The notes: a model not told the origin generated them from the letters alone. A stretch of 34,137 nt of DNA from an uncultured Prolixibacteraceae bacterium (GCA_964558145.1 CAZLDP010000001.1:1-34137), one strand, 5' to 3'. Positions 1 through 10,032 are shown, counted from the first letter of the stretch. Made by a program: numbers and translations.

Positions 1-47
1 TTGAGCGGGGCAGGCTATCAGACCATTGAAATAAAAATTATATACTG

Positions 48-1673
48 ATGAAAAAGTTAATTATCACCTCGATTCTCGCATTGCTTACCACAGTGGTCAG
101 CACAGGTGCGAGGCAGGACTGGCCGGATGAATACCTCGGATTGCCCGGGGATAACCTCAATCTGTATGCAGTCATGAATCTTTTCCAGCAGTCAGAAACG
201 CTTGAGGGATTTGAAAGGAGTCTGAACGATGAATCGTCGAGGATCAACAACCTTGATCTGAATGGCGACAACCTGGTCGACTATATCATGGTGGAGGATT
301 TTGTGCGGGGGAAAGTGCATACTATTGTCCTGCGGGTTGCGTTAGACAGGAACGAAACGCAGGATGTGGCAGTTTTCACGGTGGAGAAATTCCGGGACGG
401 AACGGTTCAGATCCAACTGGTTGGCGATGAGGCGCTTTATGGAAAGAATTATATCATTGAGCCGATCTACGACGACCAGTATGCGGAGACTCCCAATCCC
501 GGTTATATAGGGGTTGCTGGAAATGCCCGTCGCGTGGTTCCCGTAAGGACCACCACCATCCACATTTCAGCCTGGCCGCTTATCAGTTACATTTACCTCC
601 CCGACTACATTGCATGGCGTTCGAGATGGTACTGGGGGTACTGGCCATCCTACTGGTATGCCTGGCGTCCCTATTACTGGCACTATTACTACGGTTATCA
701 CTCACACTGGTATCCTCACTATTATGCCCATTACCGCCACTGGAACCATTTCCGGTTCCCGCATCATCATCGTCACTATTGTACCAACATCCGCACCTTT
801 TCACCCCAGGTGAACATCTGGATCAATAAGGGCAACTACAAAAACACTTACTCTAAACCTGAGTTGAGGAAGGAGGGAGAGGCGTTGTACAGCAGAACAG
901 TATCAGGACAACGGCCGGAGAGACAGAGGGTTTCGGGAGTGAACAACCGGACGGAAAGCAGTCAGGCCAGGCTGAATGCATCAGCAGGAGGCGGAAGGCG
1001 TGATGTCTCTGCAAGCACTTCCCGTCAGCGGACAGTGGCTTCCGTTGCCTCACCCAATGCAGAAACCCGCCGTTCATCCACCAATGTGGACAAGGGAAAT
1101 TCCCGGAGCGCCACCAGGATCAACGGATCTACTGCGGCGAGATCCTCTTCTCCGGTTACAGCAAAAAGTACCACCCGCTCTTCCGCTACCACAGCGAGAT
1201 CTTCTTCTGCGGTTACAGCTAAAAGTACCACCCGCTCTCCAGGCAATACTCAGTCTGTTTCACGGCCGCGAAACGGCTCTTCACCGGCTGTGACCAACCG
1301 GACAGTTGTAAGGAGCGGGTCGGTGACCTCCTCCGGAAGTGCAAATTCCGGTTCCTCCGAAGTGCGGTCTTCCGGATATAAGGGCCGGAATACATCTCCT
1401 CCGGCAACCCGGGAATCGTCATCCCGCTCTCCTAATTTGAAATCAGCTTCCTCTTCGCAAAGGTCTGGTTCAATTTCCTCCGGAAGGAGTTCTTCCCGGT
1501 CAACAGCCGTCCATTCAACTCCCTCTTCCGGAAGATCACAGGCAGGGAGTTCTTCTGCCAGGACTTCCGTTAGTTCGGGCCAGATGGCTCGCAGCAGCGG
1601 TCATGCAAGTGCTGGTTCCCGGAGTGGGGGAGGGTCGGGGCCTTCCACCTCCGGTCGTTCCTCCCGCAGATAA
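48..1673 (+). CDS. Secreted hypothetical protein: conserved N-terminal domain, Tyr/Trp/His-rich segment, long Ser/Arg-rich low-complexity tail
   Basis: 541-aa ORF; Sec-type signal (MKKLIITSILALLTTVVSTGA); EF-hand-like loop DLNGDNLVD; WYWGYWPSYWYAWRPYYWHYYYGYH segment; S/R/T/G-rich C-terminal half. Confidence 0.8.
   Translation: MKKLIITSILALLTTVVSTGARQDWPDEYLGLPGDNLNLYAVMNLFQQSETLEGFERSLNDESSRINNLDLNGDNLVDYIMVEDFVRGKVHTIVLRVALDRNETQDVAVFTVEKFRDGTVQIQLVGDEALYGKNYIIEPIYDDQYAETPNPGYIGVAGNARRVVPVRTTTIHISAWPLISYIYLPDYIAWRSRWYWGYWPSYWYAWRPYYWHYYYGYHSHWYPHYYAHYRHWNHFRFPHHHRHYCTNIRTFSPQVNIWINKGNYKNTYSKPELRKEGEALYSRTVSGQRPERQRVSGVNNRTESSQARLNASAGGGRRDVSASTSRQRTVASVASPNAETRRSSTNVDKGNSRSATRINGSTAARSSSPVTAKSTTRSSATTARSSSAVTAKSTTRSPGNTQSVSRPRNGSSPAVTNRTVVRSGSVTSSGSANSGSSEVRSSGYKGRNTSPPATRESSSRSPNLKSASSSQRSGSISSGRSSSRSTAVHSTPSSGRSQAGSSSARTSVSSGQMARSSGHASAGSRSGGGSGPSTSGRSSRR
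1131..1244 (+). repeat. Imperfect 57-bp (19-aa) tandem duplication inside ORF 48..1673
   Basis: TAARSSSPVTAKSTTRSSA / TTARSSSAVTAKSTTRSPG; units start at 1131 and 1188. Confidence 0.85.
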
Positions 1674-1781
1674 CCGGGATTGGGGCCGGACAGCGCTGAA
1701 TGCCAGAGTTTGAAACTTCGTAATCAATTACAAACCTACGTTTCATTCTCAGATGAAATTTACTTTGTTCTTTCTTTTTTA

Positions 1782-1789
1782 TAAGTTTG
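1782..1789 (+). promoter_or_regulatory. Putative Bacteroidota housekeeping promoter -7 box
   Basis: TAAGTTTG matches TAnnTTTG, 33 nt upstream of ATG 1823; no -33 TTTG at canonical spacing. Confidence 0.4.
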
Positions 1790-1822
1790 GGGAATGCAAC
1801 AATGTAATGATTTCAAGGAAGG

Positions 1823-2986
1823 ATGAAAACGAACCGCCGCAACTTTATCAGGGAGACCCTGGCTTCAGCCACAGGAATTACAGCCCTTTCAATGTTCCCT
1901 CCCAATGTTTTTTCAAGAGACCTTGCCCACACTCCGGTTGAGGTCATCGTAAAACCCGGGAACCGGCCGGCGCCAGCCCATTCGGTCAGGTTTTCGGTGA
2001 TCGGTTTGAACCATGGACATATCTATGGCATGACGGATGCCCTGATTGGAGGAGGGGGGAAACTGGTATCGGTTTATGCCGCGGAGCCTGAACTTCTAAA
2101 AGGATTTGTAAAGCGTTATCCCGATGTAAAAGTAGCCGGGAGCGAGGAAGAGATTATGGGAGATCCCACGATTCAGCTTGTGGCCAGCGCATCCATTCCC
2201 GTCGACCGCGCTCCGCTGGGGATCAGGGTAATGAAGGCTGGAAAGGATTTCATGGTCGACAAGCCGGGTATTGTCACCCTAAACCAGTTCAGGGAGGTGA
2301 AAAAGGTACAGCAACTGACGAAACGGATCTATTCGATCATGTACAGCGAAAGGCTTGGAAATCCTGCCTCGGTGATGGCCGGGGAACTGATCCGCAACGG
2401 AGCTATCGGCAAGGTCATCCAGACCATTGGTCTCGGTCCCCACCGGATGAATCCTTCCTCCCGTCCCGGCTGGTTCTTTGACCCTCATAAAGCCGGCGGA
2501 ATTCTGTGCGACATCGGGTCGCACCAGTGCGACCAGTTCCTCTTCTATACCGGTTCCACAAAAGCTGAAGTGGCCTTGTCGCAGACCGGCAATTTCAATA
2601 CAACCGGGTATCCTGCCTACCAGGACTTCGGGGACATGGTTGTGCGAAGTCCCCAGGCAACGGGCTATATCCGCATCGACTGGTTCACTCCCGACGGCCT
2701 GGGTACATGGGGTGATGGAAGAACCTTCATTTTGGGTACCGACGGTTACATTGAAATGCGCAAATACATCGACATCGCCGGGAAAAAGGGAGGGAATCAC
2801 CTCTTCCTAATAAACCGGAAAGAAACAAAGTACTTCGATTGCTCCAGTCTCTATTTGCCCTATGGAGAACAACTTGTCAACGATGTGGTCAACCGCACTG
2901 AAACTGCCATGTCGCAGGATCATTGCTTCCTGGCTACCTGGCTTGCCCTGACTGCCCAGAAAAAAGCCGTCAGGATTGCTCCCTGA
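1823..2986 (+). CDS. Tat-exported Gfo/Idh/MocA family NAD(P)-dependent oxidoreductase
   Basis: Twin-arginine NRRNFI; Rossmann-like SVIGLNHGH; GKDFMVDKPG (EKP-like); GGILCDIGSHQCD. Confidence 0.9.
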   Translation: MKTNRRNFIRETLASATGITALSMFPPNVFSRDLAHTPVEVIVKPGNRPAPAHSVRFSVIGLNHGHIYGMTDALIGGGGKLVSVYAAEPELLKGFVKRYPDVKVAGSEEEIMGDPTIQLVASASIPVDRAPLGIRVMKAGKDFMVDKPGIVTLNQFREVKKVQQLTKRIYSIMYSERLGNPASVMAGELIRNGAIGKVIQTIGLGPHRMNPSSRPGWFFDPHKAGGILCDIGSHQCDQFLFYTGSTKAEVALSQTGNFNTTGYPAYQDFGDMVVRSPQATGYIRIDWFTPDGLGTWGDGRTFILGTDGYIEMRKYIDIAGKKGGNHLFLINRKETKYFDCSSLYLPYGEQLVNDVVNRTETAMSQDHCFLATWLALTAQKKAVRIAP

Positions 2987-3020
2987 TGCCCGTGAATCCC
3001 TTTTACCCGGAATCTTGAAA

Positions 3021-3028
3021 TATCTTTG
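3021..3028 (+). promoter_or_regulatory. Putative Bacteroidota -7 promoter box
   Basis: TATCTTTG matches TAnnTTTG, 21 nt upstream of ATG 3050; it overlaps the TTG at 3026, favouring ATG 3050 as the true start. Confidence 0.45.
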
Positions 3029-3049
3029 GTAAAAAACCAAAATAAAGCG

Positions 3050-5335
3050 ATGAATCAAACTTGTAAAGGCCGTAGAGGATTTATAAAAAAAGCTGCACTT
3101 GGCTCGGCAGCAATTGTTTCAGTGGGAGGAGTTTCTGTGATTGAAGCGGCCAGTACTCCTGGTTCACCAGGAAGCATTGAATTCAATAAAACAGATTCTG
3201 TTGAATCCGATTCTTTACCTGAAGGTTGGGAAATAGGGTTCAGTGAGGAAACTTCAGCATGCTCTTTGAAACATGCCGATGTGGAGATCAAAGGAATAAT
3301 TTCTTTCGTGTCGAACGGAAAAAAATGGATCATTTCCAAGTCGAGAGATGGAGTACCAGACCGCTATGCTCTAATAGACCCAAATGACAATGTTCAGGGA
3401 TATTTCGTTCTGAATTCAGGAAGTGGACCCATACAGTTGTTATTTTATCACCGGACAGCCCAGACTTACAACGGAGAATTGAATTTTGACGGGAGAATTC
3501 ACTTTCAGCCCGATTCTTTTGCATGCCGGACAAGGGCAATGGTTGATGAACGGGTTTTGCCGTTGAGTTATGGAAATGCCGATTCCTTATTGAATGATTC
3601 ACTTTTCTCTCCGGGAAATGACACTATTCTGCAATTGGATGCTCCAAATCTGAGAATTCGATCATTGACTCCGGGAGAGTATGCTTTTTCTTTTTCGGGA
3701 AGAATTCAAAAATCATCAGAGGCAACAATTACCATCAATCTGGAGAAGAATTATTTCAGGAAAAGGTATGTTCCTTATTATCAACCAATTGATCGTACCC
3801 GTTGCCCAAAGGCTCCCACAGGATGGATGTCGTGGAATACCTATTTTGATAAGGCTGACGCGGACGATAATCTGGCTGAAGCAAAAATTGGCCAAAAATA
3901 TCTTCAACCGTTTGGCTGTGAATTCTGGTCAATTGAATCATGGCAAGGGAATTCGGACCAATTACCGGTCAGCGACTTTCATAACATGAATCTTGAAGTG
4001 AATGAGAAACAGTTTCCCAAAGGGATGAAGCAATTAGCGGATGATATTCGCAAATTGGGCTTCCGCCCGGGAATTTGGATGGCTCCATTTGGTACGGGCA
4101 ATGAAGAGTTTTATAAAAAGAAGAGAGATTGGTTTCTGCATGACGAAAATGGTAAGCCTATTTCTTCCTGGAACGGCCGTTATACCCTTGATCCCACTGT
4201 AAAAGAGGCTCGCGAACACTTAAAAGAAATTTTCAGAAAAGCTTCAAAGGAGTGGGGATATGAGTTTTTTAAAGTGGACGGGATGTCAGGTAGAAGTCAA
4301 GGCTATTGCGCCCATTTGTATGAACGACCTGAAATTAAATCGCGTTTTCGAAATCCTTCTTGTCCTAATCCATTTGAACTGTGTGTACAGGCATTTCGCG
4401 AAGGAATGGGAAATGACCGGGTTTTTTTAGCTTGCCAGGGACATACCTCAGGGCCGGAGGCACTTTATGCTGATGCCTCCCGTATTGGAGCGGATATTGT
4501 GCATCCAAATAAACCGGTTCAATGGAGTAATGTTTTAAACCAGGGGCGTTGTACCATAAACCAGACTTTCACGCACAACATCGTAATGGTGAATGATCCG
4601 GATACTTTATTGGTATCTGATTTACCGGTTGAAGAAGCAAGGGTTTCTGCTACCATCGTGGCCTTACCGGGACAATTGACTTTTTTTGGTGACAAGTTGG
4701 CAAGTGTATCACCTGAAAAAATGAAAATGTTGCAACAAACCCTGCCTGTTGCTGAAGTGTTTCCAATGAGTCTCTATCCCTGTTTTTCAATGTTGCCGCT
4801 TTGGAATCTGAGTGTCCGTCACAAGGTGTTGGGTGAATACAATGTGCTGGCTATTTTTAACTGGGAAGATAATCCCAGGGATATCTCTTTTACCACTGAA
4901 GAATTAGGTATTGAAAACAATGTCAATTATTTATTATATGAGTTTTGGACGGAAGAGTTCATCGGCGCGGCTAATGGAGGTTACTCCATGCATATTCCGC
5001 CGCATAGTGTTCGTGTATTGACCATTCATAAAATCAGACCCATTCCCCAGTGGATAAGCAGTGACCGGCACGTAACCCAAATTGCGCAGGAGCTAAAAAA
5101 ATTTGAATGGAGAAACGATAATCATAAAATTGTTGGTAAAGTACAGCTTATCGGTATGTTTTCATTGACAATGCGGATCCATATTCCAGGCAACTTTTCA
5201 TTCAAGAATGTAGAATGCCCCAATGCAAAGTGCACCGCCAAGGTTGAAAAGGGGAATATTTTAGCGCTCTCTTTAATTGCAGAAAAAACAGGCGATTATT
5301 CGATTGATATAGAATTCTCATTGTTAGATGAGTGA
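3050..5335 (+). CDS. Tat-exported clan GH-D glycoside hydrolase (GH36/GH27 alpha-galactosidase-like)
   Basis: GRRGFIKK Tat motif; PTGWMSWN; FPKGMKQLADDIRKLGFRPGIW; FFKVDG (nucleophile position); SRIGAD (acid/base position); NDPD. ORF track starts at TTG 3026; in-frame ATG at 3050 preferred. Confidence 0.85.
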   Translation: MNQTCKGRRGFIKKAALGSAAIVSVGGVSVIEAASTPGSPGSIEFNKTDSVESDSLPEGWEIGFSEETSACSLKHADVEIKGIISFVSNGKKWIISKSRDGVPDRYALIDPNDNVQGYFVLNSGSGPIQLLFYHRTAQTYNGELNFDGRIHFQPDSFACRTRAMVDERVLPLSYGNADSLLNDSLFSPGNDTILQLDAPNLRIRSLTPGEYAFSFSGRIQKSSEATITINLEKNYFRKRYVPYYQPIDRTRCPKAPTGWMSWNTYFDKADADDNLAEAKIGQKYLQPFGCEFWSIESWQGNSDQLPVSDFHNMNLEVNEKQFPKGMKQLADDIRKLGFRPGIWMAPFGTGNEEFYKKKRDWFLHDENGKPISSWNGRYTLDPTVKEAREHLKEIFRKASKEWGYEFFKVDGMSGRSQGYCAHLYERPEIKSRFRNPSCPNPFELCVQAFREGMGNDRVFLACQGHTSGPEALYADASRIGADIVHPNKPVQWSNVLNQGRCTINQTFTHNIVMVNDPDTLLVSDLPVEEARVSATIVALPGQLTFFGDKLASVSPEKMKMLQQTLPVAEVFPMSLYPCFSMLPLWNLSVRHKVLGEYNVLAIFNWEDNPRDISFTTEELGIENNVNYLLYEFWTEEFIGAANGGYSMHIPPHSVRVLTIHKIRPIPQWISSDRHVTQIAQELKKFEWRNDNHKIVGKVQLIGMFSLTMRIHIPGNFSFKNVECPNAKCTAKVEKGNILALSLIAEKTGDYSIDIEFSLLDE

Positions 5336-5338
5336 AGC

Positions 5339-5553
5339 TCCAATGCTTTTCTTGAATTGCGCACCTCTCTGGCCGTGATGATCGCTGAATCAGATTGCAT
5401 TCTGACCAGGCAACTCACCCAAACGCAATACGTAGATCATATCTTGCCGGAATGGTAAAAGATTTGCGTAAAATGAACCAGCTTATCAACGGGATGCTTG
5501 AATTGGCCCATCTGAAAACTTCAATCCAAACCTATTTTATCGTAGAGCTCTGA
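5339..5553 (+). pseudogene. Degenerate HisKA (sensor histidine kinase) fragment
   Basis: Manual translation: SNAFLELRTSLAVMIAESDCILTRQLTQTQYVDHI [frameshift] GMVKDLRKMNQLINGMLELAHL; matches H-box consensus SNASHELRTPL...LINxLLELA. Confidence 0.7.
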
Positions 5554-5647
5554 TAAAAACAGTTCATATCTCATCATTGACAAAAAGAAGGGTCAGTTTA
5601 GTTCGAATTATTCTATCTTAGCACGTTAAAACATAAAAGGAATAGAG

Positions 5648-6172
5648 ATGGAGAAAAAAGAAAAGAAATCAATAAACCATTATATGCGTTCATTGCATCG
5701 CGACATTGGTTTTTTTGTAATCGGGCTTATTGTCATATACAGTATAAGTGGGGTTGTCCTAATTTACAGAGACACCAACTTTTTGAAGCATGATGCTGTG
5801 ATCGAGAAAAAAATATCTCCGAACCTGGATGAGTCAGAACTTGGGAAGGTCTTACGTTTGAAGGATTTTAAGGTGTTAAAGAGGGATGGACCAATCATAC
5901 ATTTTCAAAACGGGACGTACAACAAAGAATCAGGAATTGCAAAATATTCAACGAAAGAACTTCCTTTATGGATCATCAAGTTCAATGCTTTGCACAAATC
6001 ATCAACCAAGAGCATAGTCCATTGGTTTACAACTGTTTTTGGAATATTGTTGTTGTTTTTGGCCATATCATCATTTTGGATATTCAAACCAAAGACCAAA
6101 TTGTTTCGCAGGGGGATATATTTTGCAGCTTCAGGTATTTTAGTTGCAATAATTTTGTTAATTATTTCGTAG
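5648..6172 (+). CDS. PepSY-associated TM helix domain membrane protein
   Basis: RSLHRDIGFFVIGLIVIYSISG and FNALHKS motifs; three hydrophobic helices. Confidence 0.8.
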   Translation: MEKKEKKSINHYMRSLHRDIGFFVIGLIVIYSISGVVLIYRDTNFLKHDAVIEKKISPNLDESELGKVLRLKDFKVLKRDGPIIHFQNGTYNKESGIAKYSTKELPLWIIKFNALHKSSTKSIVHWFTTVFGILLLFLAISSFWIFKPKTKLFRRGIYFAASGILVAIILLIIS

Positions 6173-6524
6173 TACGATAAGGGTTGCTGTGAAGTTTTTG
6201 ACAATTTGTGGATCAAATTTGGAAAATAGGGGTCAATTGGTTAATTTTTTCTGTTATTTTGTTCTTTTGTATTCATAGATAAAAAATCATTATGGTTAAA
6301 CGAATCTAACCTGTTAGTTATCTTATTTTTTTAAAAAAATATATCCTAATTGAGTGTTTAAAATGAAATTACTTAAAAAGTTTCTGGGTTTTGACAATCG
6401 AAATCTTCTCCTTGCTCTTTTTATTCTGATTCTTTTGATCATTCCTGACAGGTATCTTTATGCACAGGTGCAGGATCCATCTTAAATTGTACTTGATAAG
6501 CAGTACACAGGTTCGCTCGATAAA

Positions 6525-9161
6525 ATGCTGTACACAATTTCATTCGACAAGCGGATTATTTTTTCTTATAATAACAAGAAGTTTGCCTCCGTGTTCGTTG
6601 AGATAAATACAGACGGGATGCGCCTTGGTGATTTCCTCGACCGGATTTGCGAACAAATTAAAAATGAATGGTACATTGCTGAAAATAAAACAATCAAAAT
6701 AGTGGGTTTGGGTAAAACACCCGTTAGAAGCTCCAAACTTATTTATGAGAAAACATATGAGGGGAAGGCCACCTCATTCAATTTTCTGGTCAGCGGACAG
6801 GTTACTGACTATTTAACCGGGGAAGCCATACCTTTTGCATCGGTTTATATTCCGGGTACCACCCATGGAATTCATACCAATCAGGATGGATATTTTACCC
6901 TGCAGAAGATACCTACTGATACTACCACAATTGCTGTTTCCTATGTTGGTTATAAGACAGGTTATATCTTTTTGACTCCCGATCACCCCAAAACTGAAAT
7001 CAATGTAAAGATAGAACCTTATTCAGTTGAACTGGGGCAGGTTGATGTTACGGCTCAGAAAAACAATATTCTTAGGATAAGTGATAAAGTCAGTAACCTG
7101 CAGGCTACTCCGAAAAAGCTAGCGGAACTCCCAAACCTTGGAGAGAGGGATCTTTTCAGGTCGCTGCAGTTAATGCCCGGAGTATCTGCTGCCAACGAAA
7201 GTTCTTCCGGTTTATATGTCAGAGGTGGAACACCTGACCAGAACCTGATTTTATTCGATGGTTTTACGGTCTATCATGTCGATCATCTCTACGGATTTTA
7301 TTCTGCTTTTAACCCGAATGCCGTCAAAGATGTGCAGCTTTTTAAGGGAGGTTTCGAATCAAAATATGCTGGGAGGCTGTCAAGTGTGACCGAAATAACG
7401 GGTAAAGAAGGCAACTCGGAAAGTATCAGTTATGGAGGCGATATTAGTCTGCTAAGCACCAATATTTATGCTGAAATTCCTGTCGGCAGAAAATTCACGT
7501 CACTTATAGCTTTCCGGAAATCGTTCCGCGGTCCTATTTATAACAAAATTTTTGATAAATACAATACAACCAGTCAGCCTGAGGCAGAACAACTTCCTAT
7601 GGGTCCAAGACGGTTTGGTTCGAATTATATGGCTCCTGTTTCGTCCTATTTTTATGATCTAAACACAAAGTTATCCTATCGGCCAGCAAAGAATGATTTG
7701 ATTTCCTTTAGCCTGTATAACGGAACTGACAACCTTGATAACAGTATGAAACTCGACATGCCCGATTTTATGCGGGATGCTGGGCGTGGTTTTAGTTCTG
7801 ACAATAATGACCTTACTGAATACGGCAATCTGGGTGCTAGTCTGAAATGGTCAAGGAGGTGGAATTCAAGGTTGTACTCCAATACTTTGGTCAGTTATTC
7901 GAACTATTTCAGCAACCGTGACAGATCCATCTCCCGAACAATGACGGACACTAATGGAAATGTTGAAACATTCAAGTTTGGCACCATTGAGAACAATAAC
8001 CTCCGCGATTTTAGTTTTCACTCAAATTTTACCCTCGATTTGATGGCAAACCTGCAGTTTGAGTTTGGAGTCAAACTTACAAATTATGATATTGCCTATG
8101 ATTTCAGTCAGAATGACACAACCGTTTATCTGGATATCAGCAGTGACGGCAATCTTTATGGCGGATACCTTCAGGCCCGGATCAACTTTTTGAAAAACAG
8201 ACTGAAAATCGTTCCCGGAATCCATACGACGTATTATGGTATTACACAATCTGTTTATCAGGAACCCCGGTTATCGGCAATTCTCAGTATTAATGATAAA
8301 CTGAAATTAACCGGTGCATGGGGTCAATATTATCAGTTTGCCAACCGCATCATGCGTGAGGATATCCTTTCAGGGAGCCGTGATTTCTGGATTCTTTCAA
8401 ACGGTGATAACATCCCTGTGGGGCAGGCGACACATTATATTGCAGGGATTAATTACGAAAATCAGAAATATCTGTTTAGCATTGAAGGGTACTTCAAAGA
8501 ACTGAATGGACTTTCGGAATATACTCTTCGGTTCAATCCGGGCAGGGGAGGACCCGGTGGACCGGGAGGACCAGCAGTCCCCGAACGGGGAAGATTTGAT
8601 TACGAACAGAATTTTTATACCGGGAAAGGCTATGCCCGGGGCATTGAATTTTTTGCCCAAAAGCTAACCGGCAACCTGACCGGTTGGGCATCCTACACCC
8701 TGGCCAGTGCAAGGAATCAGTTTGATGTGTATGGAACAGATTATTTTCAGGCATCAAATGATGTCACAAATGAATTTAAAGCAGTAAGTATTTACCGCTG
8801 GAAAAGATGGAGTTTTTCAGGAACCTGGATTTATGCTACCGGCAGGCCCTATACAGCACCGGAGGGCGGATATAACATCACCCTGCTGGATGGAACCGAA
8901 AAAAGTTTCATTTCGGCCGGACAGAAAAACAGCAGACGGCTGCCTGATTATCACCGGATGGATCTGGGAGCAAACTTTTTTTTCCTGAGCAAAGATAAGA
9001 GAAGGGAAAGGGGAAATATCAGCATTTCGCTGTTTAATGTTTATAACCGATTGAATACATGGTATAAAGAATATCAGATCGCCGATGATGAATTAATTTC
9101 AATTGACCGAAGATTTCTCGGAATAACACCCAATCTTTCAATTACATTAAAATTTGACTGA
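6525..9161 (+). CDS. TonB-dependent receptor (CarboxypepD_reg-like domain, plug, beta-barrel); true start probably 6363 but cut by in-frame TAA at 6483
   Basis: SGQVTDYLTGEAIPFASVYI; plug LQLMPGV...GLYVRGGTPDQNLILFDG; KGGFESKYAGRLSSV; RLPDYHRMDL; C-terminal ITLKF. Confidence 0.9.
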   Translation: MLYTISFDKRIIFSYNNKKFASVFVEINTDGMRLGDFLDRICEQIKNEWYIAENKTIKIVGLGKTPVRSSKLIYEKTYEGKATSFNFLVSGQVTDYLTGEAIPFASVYIPGTTHGIHTNQDGYFTLQKIPTDTTTIAVSYVGYKTGYIFLTPDHPKTEINVKIEPYSVELGQVDVTAQKNNILRISDKVSNLQATPKKLAELPNLGERDLFRSLQLMPGVSAANESSSGLYVRGGTPDQNLILFDGFTVYHVDHLYGFYSAFNPNAVKDVQLFKGGFESKYAGRLSSVTEITGKEGNSESISYGGDISLLSTNIYAEIPVGRKFTSLIAFRKSFRGPIYNKIFDKYNTTSQPEAEQLPMGPRRFGSNYMAPVSSYFYDLNTKLSYRPAKNDLISFSLYNGTDNLDNSMKLDMPDFMRDAGRGFSSDNNDLTEYGNLGASLKWSRRWNSRLYSNTLVSYSNYFSNRDRSISRTMTDTNGNVETFKFGTIENNNLRDFSFHSNFTLDLMANLQFEFGVKLTNYDIAYDFSQNDTTVYLDISSDGNLYGGYLQARINFLKNRLKIVPGIHTTYYGITQSVYQEPRLSAILSINDKLKLTGAWGQYYQFANRIMREDILSGSRDFWILSNGDNIPVGQATHYIAGINYENQKYLFSIEGYFKELNGLSEYTLRFNPGRGGPGGPGGPAVPERGRFDYEQNFYTGKGYARGIEFFAQKLTGNLTGWASYTLASARNQFDVYGTDYFQASNDVTNEFKAVSIYRWKRWSFSGTWIYATGRPYTAPEGGYNITLLDGTEKSFISAGQKNSRRLPDYHRMDLGANFFFLSKDKRRERGNISISLFNVYNRLNTWYKEYQIADDELISIDRRFLGITPNLSITLKFD

Positions 9162-10032
9162 AATGCAATCAATACATCAATCAATAAACAAACCAAGACG
9201 TTTTTATATTATTAACGGACAATCATTTATTATTATTTGTCTAATGCTGGTTTTATTTATTTTGTCAATGTGTAATACTGATGACCGGCTGGAGTTTAAC
9301 GATATTCCAGTTGTTGAATCTTACCTTTCGGTTGATAAACCGGTTTCAATTCAGATTTCCAGAAAAACACCCTATGATGACAATGTAAAACTGTCAACCG
9401 TTGTGATTGATGATTTGGAGATAAAAATTTCCGGTGGAGGCATTTCCAGAATTATTCCGTCAGTTGGTGACGGAACTTTTTGTGATAGCACTTTTTATCC
9501 TGAGGAAGGTGTCACTTATAATCTGGAGTTCCTATTTAACGGCCTGGTTGTCAGCTCTTCGACCCGTATACCCGCCAAGCCTGTGAACTTTAGTCAATCA
9601 GTAACACAGATTACGGTACCCACTTTTTCATTTGAGCAGGGCCTGCCTCCCCGTGGCCCTGAAATGCCAAGTCCGGTCAAACTTACCTGGAACAATGATG
9701 ATGAGAGTTATTATATGGTTGTGACCGAAAATACCGAAACAAGCCCGGTCGAAATTTATGAAATGAATGATTCAATCGATGCCCCGAGACGGACTTTCCG
9801 GAATGAACCTACACAGGCAAATCAGACTGAAATCACTGCCATGAGTTTTCAATATTTTGGCAGGCACAGGATTATTCTGTTTCATATGAATGCCGAATAT
9901 GCTGCACTTTACACCAATACGGGAAATACTTCTCTGAACCTCACCAATCCAATTAGCAACGTGAAGAATGGATTGGGAATTTTCACAGGGATCAATTCGG
10001 ATACACTTTACCTGAATGTATTGAAAGAGTAA
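9154..10032 (+). CDS. DUF4249-like lipoprotein, partner of the TonB receptor
   Basis: Overlaps receptor stop; hydrophobic stretch ending LSMC; PVVESYL near the N-terminus; C-terminal SNVKNGLGIFTG. Confidence 0.75.
   Translation: MTEMQSIHQSINKPRRFYIINGQSFIIICLMLVLFILSMCNTDDRLEFNDIPVVESYLSVDKPVSIQISRKTPYDDNVKLSTVVIDDLEIKISGGGISRIIPSVGDGTFCDSTFYPEEGVTYNLEFLFNGLVVSSSTRIPAKPVNFSQSVTQITVPTFSFEQGLPPRGPEMPSPVKLTWNNDDESYYMVVTENTETSPVEIYEMNDSIDAPRRTFRNEPTQANQTEITAMSFQYFGRHRIILFHMNAEYAALYTNTGNTSLNLTNPISNVKNGLGIFTGINSDTLYLNVLKE

Noticed and set aside
8541-8576. GRGGPGGPGGP collagen-like stretch in the TonB receptor
   Set aside because: Only three triplets; most likely a flexible loop
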